Origin: Acidobacteriota bacterium
GTDB lineage: Bacteria; Acidobacteriota; Terriglobia; Acidiferrales; UBA7541
Assembly (NCBI GenBank): GCA_003225295.1
Contig: QHYZ01000047.1
Span: 134,213-158,212 of the forward strand
Reading direction: 5' to 3'
Length of the DNA stretch: 24,000 nucleotides
The translations under genes were made by a program, and so were the position numbers. The notes beneath the pieces are model-generated. The model saw nothing but the letters and a program-made list of their open reading frames with translations. It ran no database searches and had not been told where the DNA came from. Every line of letters begins with the position of its first letter. Position 1 is the first letter of the stretch. Positions 1 through 7,621 of the stretch are shown here, one piece after another.

Positions 1-6
1 GGACAT

Positions 7-1302
<1,296 letters not shown>

Positions 1303-1338
1303 GAGCACTCCGCGATCTCTCCATCTCAGTCACCACCT

Positions 1339-1371
1339 AAAAAAAGGCGCAGTGAGTTTCCCCGCTGCGCT
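1339..1371 (-). terminator. Intrinsic terminator for the rsr operon, possibly bidirectional with convergent rho
   Basis: Stem GCGCAG (1347-1352) pairs with CTGCGC (1365-1370), plus flanking G.U pairs. On the plus strand it is preceded by A7 (1339-1345), so the minus strand reads hairpin + TTTTTTT. It sits 31 nt after the rsr stop codon and 37 nt after the rho stop codon. Confidence 0.6.
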
Positions 1372-1401
1372 GGTTGAATTGTTCAGTTCCAAGACGAATT
1401 G

Positions 1402-2733
1402 TCAGGCCGCTGCTTGCGCTTCCACTGCGGCGATGAAATCGACGATTCGCTCCGACCAACCGTCAACGTGCGTCCAGCCGTTGCCGTAGCTGATGCCGTG
1501 TTTGTACGGGGCCACGTTCACCGCGTACGCGCGCGGCGCCCACGCTTGCAGGATGCCGTGGTGCGACTGCTCGTCGGTAATTACGATCAGCCGATCGAGT
1601 TCGCGCCACGCCGCCTTGTCGTGGAGCTGCGTCAGCGCGCGCTTGAGGTAGGTTCCCGAGTGCGCCTGCGAGCCCACCATGGCATCGCGCAACGCGAAGC
1701 CCCGTTGCGGAGGCAATTCGATGCAAGTGTCGGAGAAGGTCGCGATGGAGAACTCCTCGGCCTTCTCGCGAAGCAGAATCGCCAGCCCTGCCGCCGCGTC
1801 CATGCGCGTGGTCTGGCCCTTTTTCGACAGCTTGTAGTTCATCGAGCCGGACACGTCCACGACAAGCCCGGTCGACCCCGCAAGCTTCGCGATTCCGGCG
1901 ATGCTCTTGAGCATGGCCTTTTCGAGAGCGCCCTCGAGCCTGGGTGCGTGGCGTGCCGCCGTCACGAAGTGCAACGGCAGCGCTCGCGCGACGCCCTGGT
2001 CCAGCCGCTCGCGCACGAGCTTGGGATCGACGCCCGATGCCAGCATCAAGCGGAGGTTTCGCAGGACGGCCATGCCGCCGAGCTTCCCTTCGCGCAGCAG
2101 TCTCTCAAAGTTCTCGCGCTTGTCCTTCCCTGTGGACAAGGCAACCTCCCAGGTATCGGGAGGTTCGAGCGTGTTCTCAACGAGCTTCTTCCAGAGCGCG
2201 GCCTGCGCTTGGTCCTTGGGCTTCGCGTGGCAGAGGACCAGCACGTCGCGGAGCTTCACCGCCGATTCGCGGTCGTACTTCGCAAGCTGGTAGGCGTCGA
2301 ACTTCGTGAACGCTCGTGCCAGACCGCGCTTTACGCCCGCGGAGAGTGGCTGCTTCTTTTCCTTCCAGTAGAGGGCCACAAACTCGCCGAGTTCATCGGC
2401 CCGCTGGATGACGTCCTCGAGCGTTTCGGCCACGAGTCGGCCGGTGCCCTTGCGGCGCGCGAGTTCACGCGTGAGTAAGAGCGGCGCGTGACGAAGCTGC
2501 ATCTTGCTGCGTGCTTCCCGCGCGAGGGCGGCCACGACTTCTGGCGTGTTCTCGGCGGCAAGCGCGGCGATCTGCTTGGCGATGTCGTTGCCCTTCTCGT
2601 AGAAGGTGTCTTCCCAGAGCAGGCATGTGAGCACGGTGCGCCGTAGCTCGCTTTTCGCGTCCACCTTCTGCGCCACTGCTCCTTCATGCGTCCGCACCGG
2701 GAACATCGGCTTCCAGACGTTCTTCTTGGCCAT
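1402..2733 (-). CDS. rsr: Ro60-like RNA-binding protein (TROVE domain + C-terminal vWA/MIDAS)
   Basis: 443 aa. Blocks alignable by eye to human Ro60: LTCLLWEDTFYE vs FLCFGSEGGTYY; KLRDVLVLCHAKP vs KDLLRLSHLKP; MAVLRNLRLMLASGV vs LTALLRNLGKMTANSV; ALPLHFVTA vs RIHPFHILIA; GLVVDVSGSMN (MIDAS DxSxS) vs LLAVDVSASMN; LIVITDEQS vs FIVFTDNET. A strong Shine-Dalgarno GGAAAGGAGG lies 7 nt before the ATG. Confidence 0.85.
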   Translation of the reverse strand: MAKKNVWKPMFPVRTHEGAVAQKVDAKSELRRTVLTCLLWEDTFYEKGNDIAKQIAALAAENTPEVVAALAREARSKMQLRHAPLLLTRELARRKGTGRLVAETLEDVIQRADELGEFVALYWKEKKQPLSAGVKRGLARAFTKFDAYQLAKYDRESAVKLRDVLVLCHAKPKDQAQAALWKKLVENTLEPPDTWEVALSTGKDKRENFERLLREGKLGGMAVLRNLRLMLASGVDPKLVRERLDQGVARALPLHFVTAARHAPRLEGALEKAMLKSIAGIAKLAGSTGLVVDVSGSMNYKLSKKGQTTRMDAAAGLAILLREKAEEFSIATFSDTCIELPPQRGFALRDAMVGSQAHSGTYLKRALTQLHDKAAWRELDRLIVITDEQSHHGILQAWAPRAYAVNVAPYKHGISYGNGWTHVDGWSERIVDFIAAVEAQAAA

Positions 2734-2790
2734 TGCTAGTCCTCCTTTCCTGAAGGCTTTGCCCCTTCTCCAAGCGACAGGCCCCGGCCG

Positions 2791-3738
2791 TTAATCGAGA
2801 AACGCTAGAAAACGCATTGCGCTCGAGCGATTCTCGGTGTTCATCAGTACACGGTGCCAGCCAATGAGCGTCACGGTTTCGTGATCGGGATGCGACACCT
2901 TCCCGCGCACGTAAACCGTTGCATCGCGCTTCATGATGCGGAAGCCCCGATTGCGCTCGCTCGCTGGCAACTTCTTGTATTCCGGAGCGGTCAATCCGTT
3001 CGGATATCTCGCTGAGACATAAACGGTGTCTCCGCCGGACCGATAACACTCTTCAGCCCAGTGAGGCTTTCCGCCGTTGCCGCGAGAGAGCGGCTCGTCC
3101 TTGAGAACGAGCAATGGATCCGCTTTTACCGCCGTGGGGACGAAAAACCATTCCCCCTGGCGGATGAAGGCTGAATTCCTCCGCTGGAAGCTCGCTTTCC
3201 GCGATATTCCAAGCAGACCTTCTCGTGTCCGTACTTCCTCTGGCTTCAGCGCGATCTTTGCGCTCGCGACGGTGGTTACTGGTTCATTTTCTGGAATTGC
3301 CGCTACGAACCAGTGCCTTTCGTCATGACCGCAGAGAAACTTCTGCTTGGCCAAAAACCGCCCCTGCTCGTCGAACTGGCGGCTGAGCAGCAGCAAATGC
3401 TTTTCCCTTGGCTGGACGTTCAGAACGACGACTTCCTGCAAGCCGCCTGGAGCGGTTCGGATCTCGAAGAATTCGCCAATTTTGTCTCGACGAATATCGA
3501 GAACCATGCGCGGGGCTTCCTCCCGAGACCCAGCCAGGTTCCCACGACCAGCTGCAGGCACGTCCTCGAAAACCTTCACGCGTACGCCCATCCGAGAAAA
3601 ATATCGGTTCAAATCACTGCCCACTGCTTTTTCCTTTCTAAAGACTGCCCGTGGCAGTCGGAATGTGTTCACCGCTCGGAGTCTTGCTCCGAACCGTTCA
3701 AAAACAGACGAGTTGACGCCACAAGATTCTTGCCCCAC
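2791..3738 (-). CDS. Uncharacterised protein; no domain recognised
   Basis: 315-aa ORF ending 57 nt upstream of rsr on the same strand. Its composition is plausible for a protein, unlike the antisense shadow ORFs. Recurrent His/acidic motifs: CGHDERHWFVAAIP, RQGEWFFVP, GGKPHWAEE, SHPDHETVTLIGWHRV. The start is a GTG at 3738, 12 nt after AAGGAG (3751-3756), so the start is uncertain. The next in-frame Met (3591) has no Shine-Dalgarno sequence. Confidence 0.6.
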   Translation of the reverse strand: MGQESCGVNSSVFERFGARLRAVNTFRLPRAVFRKEKAVGSDLNRYFSRMGVRVKVFEDVPAAGRGNLAGSREEAPRMVLDIRRDKIGEFFEIRTAPGGLQEVVVLNVQPREKHLLLLSRQFDEQGRFLAKQKFLCGHDERHWFVAAIPENEPVTTVASAKIALKPEEVRTREGLLGISRKASFQRRNSAFIRQGEWFFVPTAVKADPLLVLKDEPLSRGNGGKPHWAEECYRSGGDTVYVSARYPNGLTAPEYKKLPASERNRGFRIMKRDATVYVRGKVSHPDHETVTLIGWHRVLMNTENRSSAMRFLAFLD

Positions 3739-3767
3739 TTCATTTCTTTTCTCCTTGACCGTAACCG

Positions 3768-3901
3768 AAAAAACTCCGGACGGGAACCCCTAGCCAGGGA
3801 ACATTAGCCGCTCTATCCATTGAGCTACTGGCCCGTATCAGCCAGGTGGGAATCGAACCCGTAACCGCCCGCTCTTGAGCCGAAGTAAGCCCGTCCTGAA
3901 C
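3768..3901 (-). ncRNA. Candidate YrlA-type Y RNA (permuted tRNA-like module A)
   Basis: The minus strand reads GGG-TTCGATT-CCC (3860-3848, T-arm-like). Next comes CTGGC-tgatacgg-GCCAG (3845-3828, a loop-capped acceptor-like stem). Then TA (U8/A9 equivalents) and GCTC-AATGGATA-GAGC (3825-3810, a D-arm with A14, G18G19 and A21 equivalents). The module is enclosed by GGACGGG (3896-3890) pairing with CCCGTCC (3784-3778), with 3 further pairs beyond a mismatch. It is followed by GGAG + T6 (3773-3768). It is adjacent to and co-oriented with rsr. The ends are approximate. Confidence 0.55.
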
Positions 3902-4299
3902 CGCGTCCAACTTTGTTGTCTGCGCTCAAAGCATCCGCACAAGCGATTCTTGGTTAGCGTCACCACCGCTGGCGGCGATTTTCCCCAGCCCCGGCGCGAA
4001 CCGCCGACTGTTCCGCGGTTCGCGCCGGCCAAATTCGAGCCGGGAGGAATAATCGAGCAGAGCTGCGGAGCGGCAGCTCCGCATCGCTTAACCACGAAGT
4101 ATCTCTGCGCAGCGCCATCCCGGCAGCTCATCTGGTGGGAACAAGCGGTTCGCGTTTGTCTGAGCCACTGCTTCTTACCAAGCAAACGAGAATTGCACTC
4201 GCGACCTCCCCAGTTCATCGCCGGGGCGCTCGATAGAAGTAACGCTCACCTTCCCGACACCAGAAACTCTCGCGGCAGGAATCGGCGGTCCAGGTATTT

Positions 4300-4370
4300 C
4301 TCCGCTGCTCTATCCGTTGAGCTACGGCAGCTCGCGCCAGCGGCAGGAGTCGAACCCGCAGCCGTCGGAG
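4300..4370 (-). ncRNA. Second permuted tRNA-like module (module B); a Y RNA-like core with undefined transcript ends
   Basis: The minus strand reads CTCCG (4370-4366), acggct, then GCGGG-TTCGACT-CCTGC (4359-4343, a 5-bp T-arm with one G.U). Next is a short capped stem (4342-4325; GGC/GCC plus wobble pairs). Then TA and GCTC-AACGGATA-GAGC (4322-4307), ag, and CGGAG (4304-4300), which pairs back to CTCCG. Together these give a closed four-way junction in the same permuted order as module A. Confidence 0.5.
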
Positions 4371-4815
4371 CCCGATGTAACCCCGGCCTTCACCACGCCG
4401 CAAACTCTTCAAACTTTCCAAGCGCTTCTCTCCTCGTTTACCCGGCCCCGTGACTCCTTCACTAGCGCACACCCGTAGCGTGGCGTTTCGTTCTTCAAGG
4501 ATCCACGGCGTCAAAGAAATCCGGAAGGGATCAGCCCTCACGGTGAAACTGCATTCTTGCCTGAAGAGCACTGCGTACTCCCGAGGCCAGAACCAGCCGT
4601 GAACTTCATCGTCCCTGGACACAAATCCCGAGGCCGATAATCTTAAATCGAAACCACTTAGGCGGCTTGTTTTACAGTCGCGCGAACAAGCAGTCCACGA
4701 GACCTGATCGCCTTGGTGTTATCCCGCATTGGCTCTTGTCTTCGTGTCTCATAATCTGCTCTTCACGCTCAGCAAGGACCTCGGCTAAGCCGAGGCGTAC
4801 GACTGAGGTATCACG

Positions 4816-4844
4816 AAAGTAAACGGATTCGGAAAGTCTGTCAA
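4816..4844 (-). promoter_or_regulatory. Possible sigma70-type promoter reading toward the RNA modules
   Basis: On the minus strand: TTGACA (4844-4839), a 17-nt spacer, then TACTTT (4821-4816). An A/T-rich tract (ttttcaaaaatag) lies immediately upstream. It sits in the only visibly AT-rich patch of the window. Called from sequence pattern only. Confidence 0.2.
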
Positions 4845-4937
4845 GAACTATTTTTGAAAAGCAGCGTTTTTGGCCCATTTTTGCGGTGCTTGTTAATTTC
4901 AAAGTACTTATAGGCCGCCCGACCCACGCCGCGGTCT

Positions 4938-6203
4938 TCATTCGTACCGCAGGCAAACGATGGGGTCAAGGTTAGCAGCTAGATTCGCCGGATAGTATCC
5001 GAAGAACAGTCCCACACCGACGGAGATGGCAAACCCAATGGAGACCCACAGATAGGACAATGTCGCGGGAATTGAAGGCACGAGTGTACGCACCAGAATG
5101 GACACGCCTGCCCCGATCAGAATGCCGATCGAGCCGCCGACCAGGGTGAGCACCACGGCTTCCAGCAAAAATTGTAGGCGGACATCCGCGCGGCGCGCGC
5201 CGATGGCTTTGCGCACGCCAATTTCCTGGGTGCGCTCGGTCACGGAGATGAGCATGATATTCATTACGCCGATGCCGCCCACGAGCAGCCCGATCGAACT
5301 GATGACCGTAGTGAGAATGACCAGCGCGCCAGTGAGCTGGTTCCAAAGATTGCTGAGGAAATCCGGTGAGCTCAACTCGAAATCATTTTCCTGTCCCGCA
5401 GGGATACGGCGGAGACGGCGCAACGTCTGAATAACTTCGCCGTGCGCGGTTTCGACGTTGACGTTCTCCGGAACAGTGAATGCCATAATCAATTCTTTGG
5501 CTTCCGGGTACTGTTTCTTGAAGTTGCTGAGCGGGATGACCACAAAGATGTCCACGCCCGGGCCGAGGAACAAGCCCTGGTCATGCTCGAATACGCCGAT
5601 CACTTCGTAAGCGGCGCCATTGACGCGCACAGTCTTCCCCAGGGCGTCCGTGTTGGGGAACAGCGATTCGCTGATGGCCGCGCCCAGCACAACGACGGGC
5701 CGCGCATGCTCCTGATCGAAGGCGCTGATGAAACGGCCGCGCTCGATGCTGAACAACGGAATCGCCTCGGTGTACTCCGGCTCCGCGCCGCGTATGACAA
5801 CCTTCTCGACACTGCGGTCACCGCTGATAATGCGATTGCTGTCACCGAAGAAGAAGCCCCGCGTGCCAAACGTCGTGACGATATGCACGTCGGGTGCAGC
5901 ATTTCGGACAAACTCGGCGTAATTGTATTCAAGATACTTGCGCGTTCGAATCCGTTCTGGCAAGCGGGATGGGTCGGTGCCGAACGGGAATCGTGAAATA
6001 AAATAAGTGCGCGACCCCAGCCGCTCCACCCGGTCCTGCACAAACTTGTTCAGACCTTGAATGATGGCCGCCATGGAAATCACCGAAGATACACCGATGA
6101 CGATACCCAGCACGGTCAAGGCGGAGCGCACCTTGGACGAGCGCAACGTCTCCAGTGCGGCAAACAGATTCTCCCGCGTTTGCGCAAGCGTCATAATGGC
6201 CAT
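4938..6203 (-). CDS. ABC transporter permease, MacB-like periplasmic core + FtsX domain
   Basis: The track ORF (4938..6608) is over-extended by 135 junk codons that overlap the upstream gene. The real start is the ATG at 6203-6201 (MAIMTLAQTRENLFAALETLRSSKVRSALTVLGIVIGVSS...). It overlaps the upstream stop as TAATG. The C-terminal FtsX helices include TERTQEIGVRKAIGARRADV. Confidence 0.85.
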   Translation of the reverse strand: MAIMTLAQTRENLFAALETLRSSKVRSALTVLGIVIGVSSVISMAAIIQGLNKFVQDRVERLGSRTYFISRFPFGTDPSRLPERIRTRKYLEYNYAEFVRNAAPDVHIVTTFGTRGFFFGDSNRIISGDRSVEKVVIRGAEPEYTEAIPLFSIERGRFISAFDQEHARPVVVLGAAISESLFPNTDALGKTVRVNGAAYEVIGVFEHDQGLFLGPGVDIFVVIPLSNFKKQYPEAKELIMAFTVPENVNVETAHGEVIQTLRRLRRIPAGQENDFELSSPDFLSNLWNQLTGALVILTTVISSIGLLVGGIGVMNIMLISVTERTQEIGVRKAIGARRADVRLQFLLEAVVLTLVGGSIGILIGAGVSILVRTLVPSIPATLSYLWVSIGFAISVGVGLFFGYYPANLAANLDPIVCLRYE

Positions 6204-7423
6204 TAGTCGGACCTCAAAGCCACAATCGGGTCCAGCTGTGACGCGCGCACTGCCGGATATATTCCGAAAAACAATCCGACTGCGGAGCTCAGCAGTACTC
6301 CTAGCACCGCGACCCACGTTTGCACCGCCGCTGGGAACGGCGTATACGTGCGCAGTGCCAGCGCCACCAGAAATCCGAGAGAGATGCCCAGAGCGCCGCC
6401 GGCGATACATTGCATGACGCTTTCGGCCATGAACTGCCGCAGAATGTCGCTCTTCGTCGCACCCACTGCGCGGCGCACGCCGATTTCCCGTCGCCGCAAG
6501 TTCACACTTACCAGCATCACGTTCATGATGACGATTCCGCCGATGACCACTGAGATCGCGCTCACCAGAATGAAAACGCCGAAAAACGCCGAGCTGATGC
6601 TGCGCCACAAGGCCATGTAGCTTTCTTTCGTGCCGATGAAGAAATCATCTTCCATCTTGCCACTGAGGTGACGTCGCGCCCGCAGGACCAGGTCGGCCTG
6701 ATCCTGTGCCTTTTCAAAATCACCGGTGTTTGTCCTGACGTTGATCGTGAGGCTGGTGTGCACACCTTGCATGCGCAGAAATACCGGCAGGGGGACAATG
6801 ATGAAATTGTCCTGGTCCTGCCCCAGAACACTGCCGATCTTCTCGATGACCCCAATTACCACGAGTTCGTCATTACCGACACGAAGGTTCTTCCCGATGG
6901 GGTCCATGCCGAGAAACAGCTGCTGCACCAGTGTGTCGCCGATCAAGCAAACATCAGTGTGGTGCTCGGCTTCTGCGGCCGTGAAGTAGCGGCCAAATTC
7001 CACAGTGCGCGTATCAATGTCGGCCATGTTTGGCGTTTGCCCATAGAAATTCACATCGGTCACCTCTTTGTTGGCGTATCTTGCGTGCGCGCTTCCGCTG
7101 GCCGTGGCGCCAACCTCCTGGCAAGCGGGACAGCCTTCTGCAACCGCGCGCATGTCCTCGAGCTCAATCTTCTTGAACTTCAGCGCCTTGATAATGATGT
7201 TGAAATCGGTCACCGCGAAGGGAGTGCGCGCGATTTGAAAGACGTTTGTGCCCAGGTTGGCGATCTTTTGCTCGACGTAGACGTTTGCGCCCTGCACGAT
7301 GGTCATGACCGTGATGAGTGTGGCCACACCCATCGTCAGCCCCAGCATGGTGAGCGAGGCGCGCAGTTTGTGCGTGCGCAGGGCACTCAAGCATTGCCCG
7401 AGATTGTCACGGAGAGCGAGCAT
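6203..7423 (-). CDS. ABC transporter permease, MacB-like periplasmic core + FtsX domain
   Basis: 406 aa. It has an N-terminal TM helix (LRASLTMLGLTMGVATLITVMTIV), a large periplasmic domain, and a C-terminal FtsX region (RRREIGVRRAVGATKSDIL...). It is a paralogue of the downstream gene. Confidence 0.85.
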   Translation of the reverse strand: MLALRDNLGQCLSALRTHKLRASLTMLGLTMGVATLITVMTIVQGANVYVEQKIANLGTNVFQIARTPFAVTDFNIIIKALKFKKIELEDMRAVAEGCPACQEVGATASGSAHARYANKEVTDVNFYGQTPNMADIDTRTVEFGRYFTAAEAEHHTDVCLIGDTLVQQLFLGMDPIGKNLRVGNDELVVIGVIEKIGSVLGQDQDNFIIVPLPVFLRMQGVHTSLTINVRTNTGDFEKAQDQADLVLRARRHLSGKMEDDFFIGTKESYMALWRSISSAFFGVFILVSAISVVIGGIVIMNVMLVSVNLRRREIGVRRAVGATKSDILRQFMAESVMQCIAGGALGISLGFLVALALRTYTPFPAAVQTWVAVLGVLLSSAVGLFFGIYPAVRASQLDPIVALRSD

Positions 7424-7621
7424 GGGCTAAAGGGAACTGCCATTCACTCTATCAAATCCTTTGGGCGCGCACTCAAAGCTCGCGCCCCACATCGGAATCG
7501 TCTCTAAGTGAATACGGAAGGAGAGCTGCGGGAGTTACAGGGCTCGGATCGTAATTCAGGGGGTGCCGGATTCTTTGCCAGTTGAAACGCCGGTGGGGCT
7601 GCAGTGCCTGGCGGCAGGCCG

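Noticed and set aside
1399-2478. 359-aa plus-strand ORF opposite rsr. Similar long antisense ORFs occur at 5442..5996, 6668..7507, 7604..8266, 9343..9960, 10158..10787, 11122..11745, 12403..13128, 14337..14924, 16358..16975, 17738..18472, 18487..19152, 19252..20814 and 22067..22684.
   Set aside because: Each lies fully antisense to a gene with clear family motifs. Their translations are Arg/His/Gly/Leu-rich, low-information sequence typical of shadow ORFs in high-GC genomes.
3810-4359. The D-arm and T-arm matches read as ordinary tRNA genes, or as tRNA 3'-fragment att sites left by an integrative element.
   Set aside because: In both copies the T-arm precedes the D-arm, with the acceptor strands joined by a loop. 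No anticodon arm follows the D-arm. No integrase or direct-repeat partner is present. An att remnant would carry only a 3' tRNA segment.
4380-4560. A sigma54 (-24 GG / -12 GC) promoter, as expected for an RtcR-controlled rsr locus.
   Set aside because: The closest patterns (minus-strand TGGAAAG...TTTGC near 4400-4425; GGCAAGAATGCA near 4545-4560) have the wrong GG-to-GC spacing. No rtcR-like gene is in the window.
3838-4622. Track ORFs 3838..4218(-), 3875..4453(+) and 4215..4622(-), which would fill the gap upstream of the 315-aa ORF.
   Set aside because: They run straight through the tRNA-like modules and the perfect hairpins. They are Arg/Ser/Pro/Cys-rich with no recognisable motif and lack Shine-Dalgarno sequences. 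Open frames of this length are expected by chance at this GC content.
4672-4956. 94-aa ORF, or its 68-aa internal version MGQKRCFSKIV..., downstream of the permeases.
   Set aside because: It overlaps the permease stop, has no Shine-Dalgarno sequence and no recognisable motif. It contains the putative promoter and a hairpin, so it is more likely intergenic or regulatory DNA.
6204-6608. N-terminal 135-codon extension of the second permease ORF, and likewise the 49-codon extension of secA at 21325..21471.
   Set aside because: The extensions overlap the upstream gene or the 5' UTR, look like noise, and are followed by Met codons that begin the family-typical N-termini.
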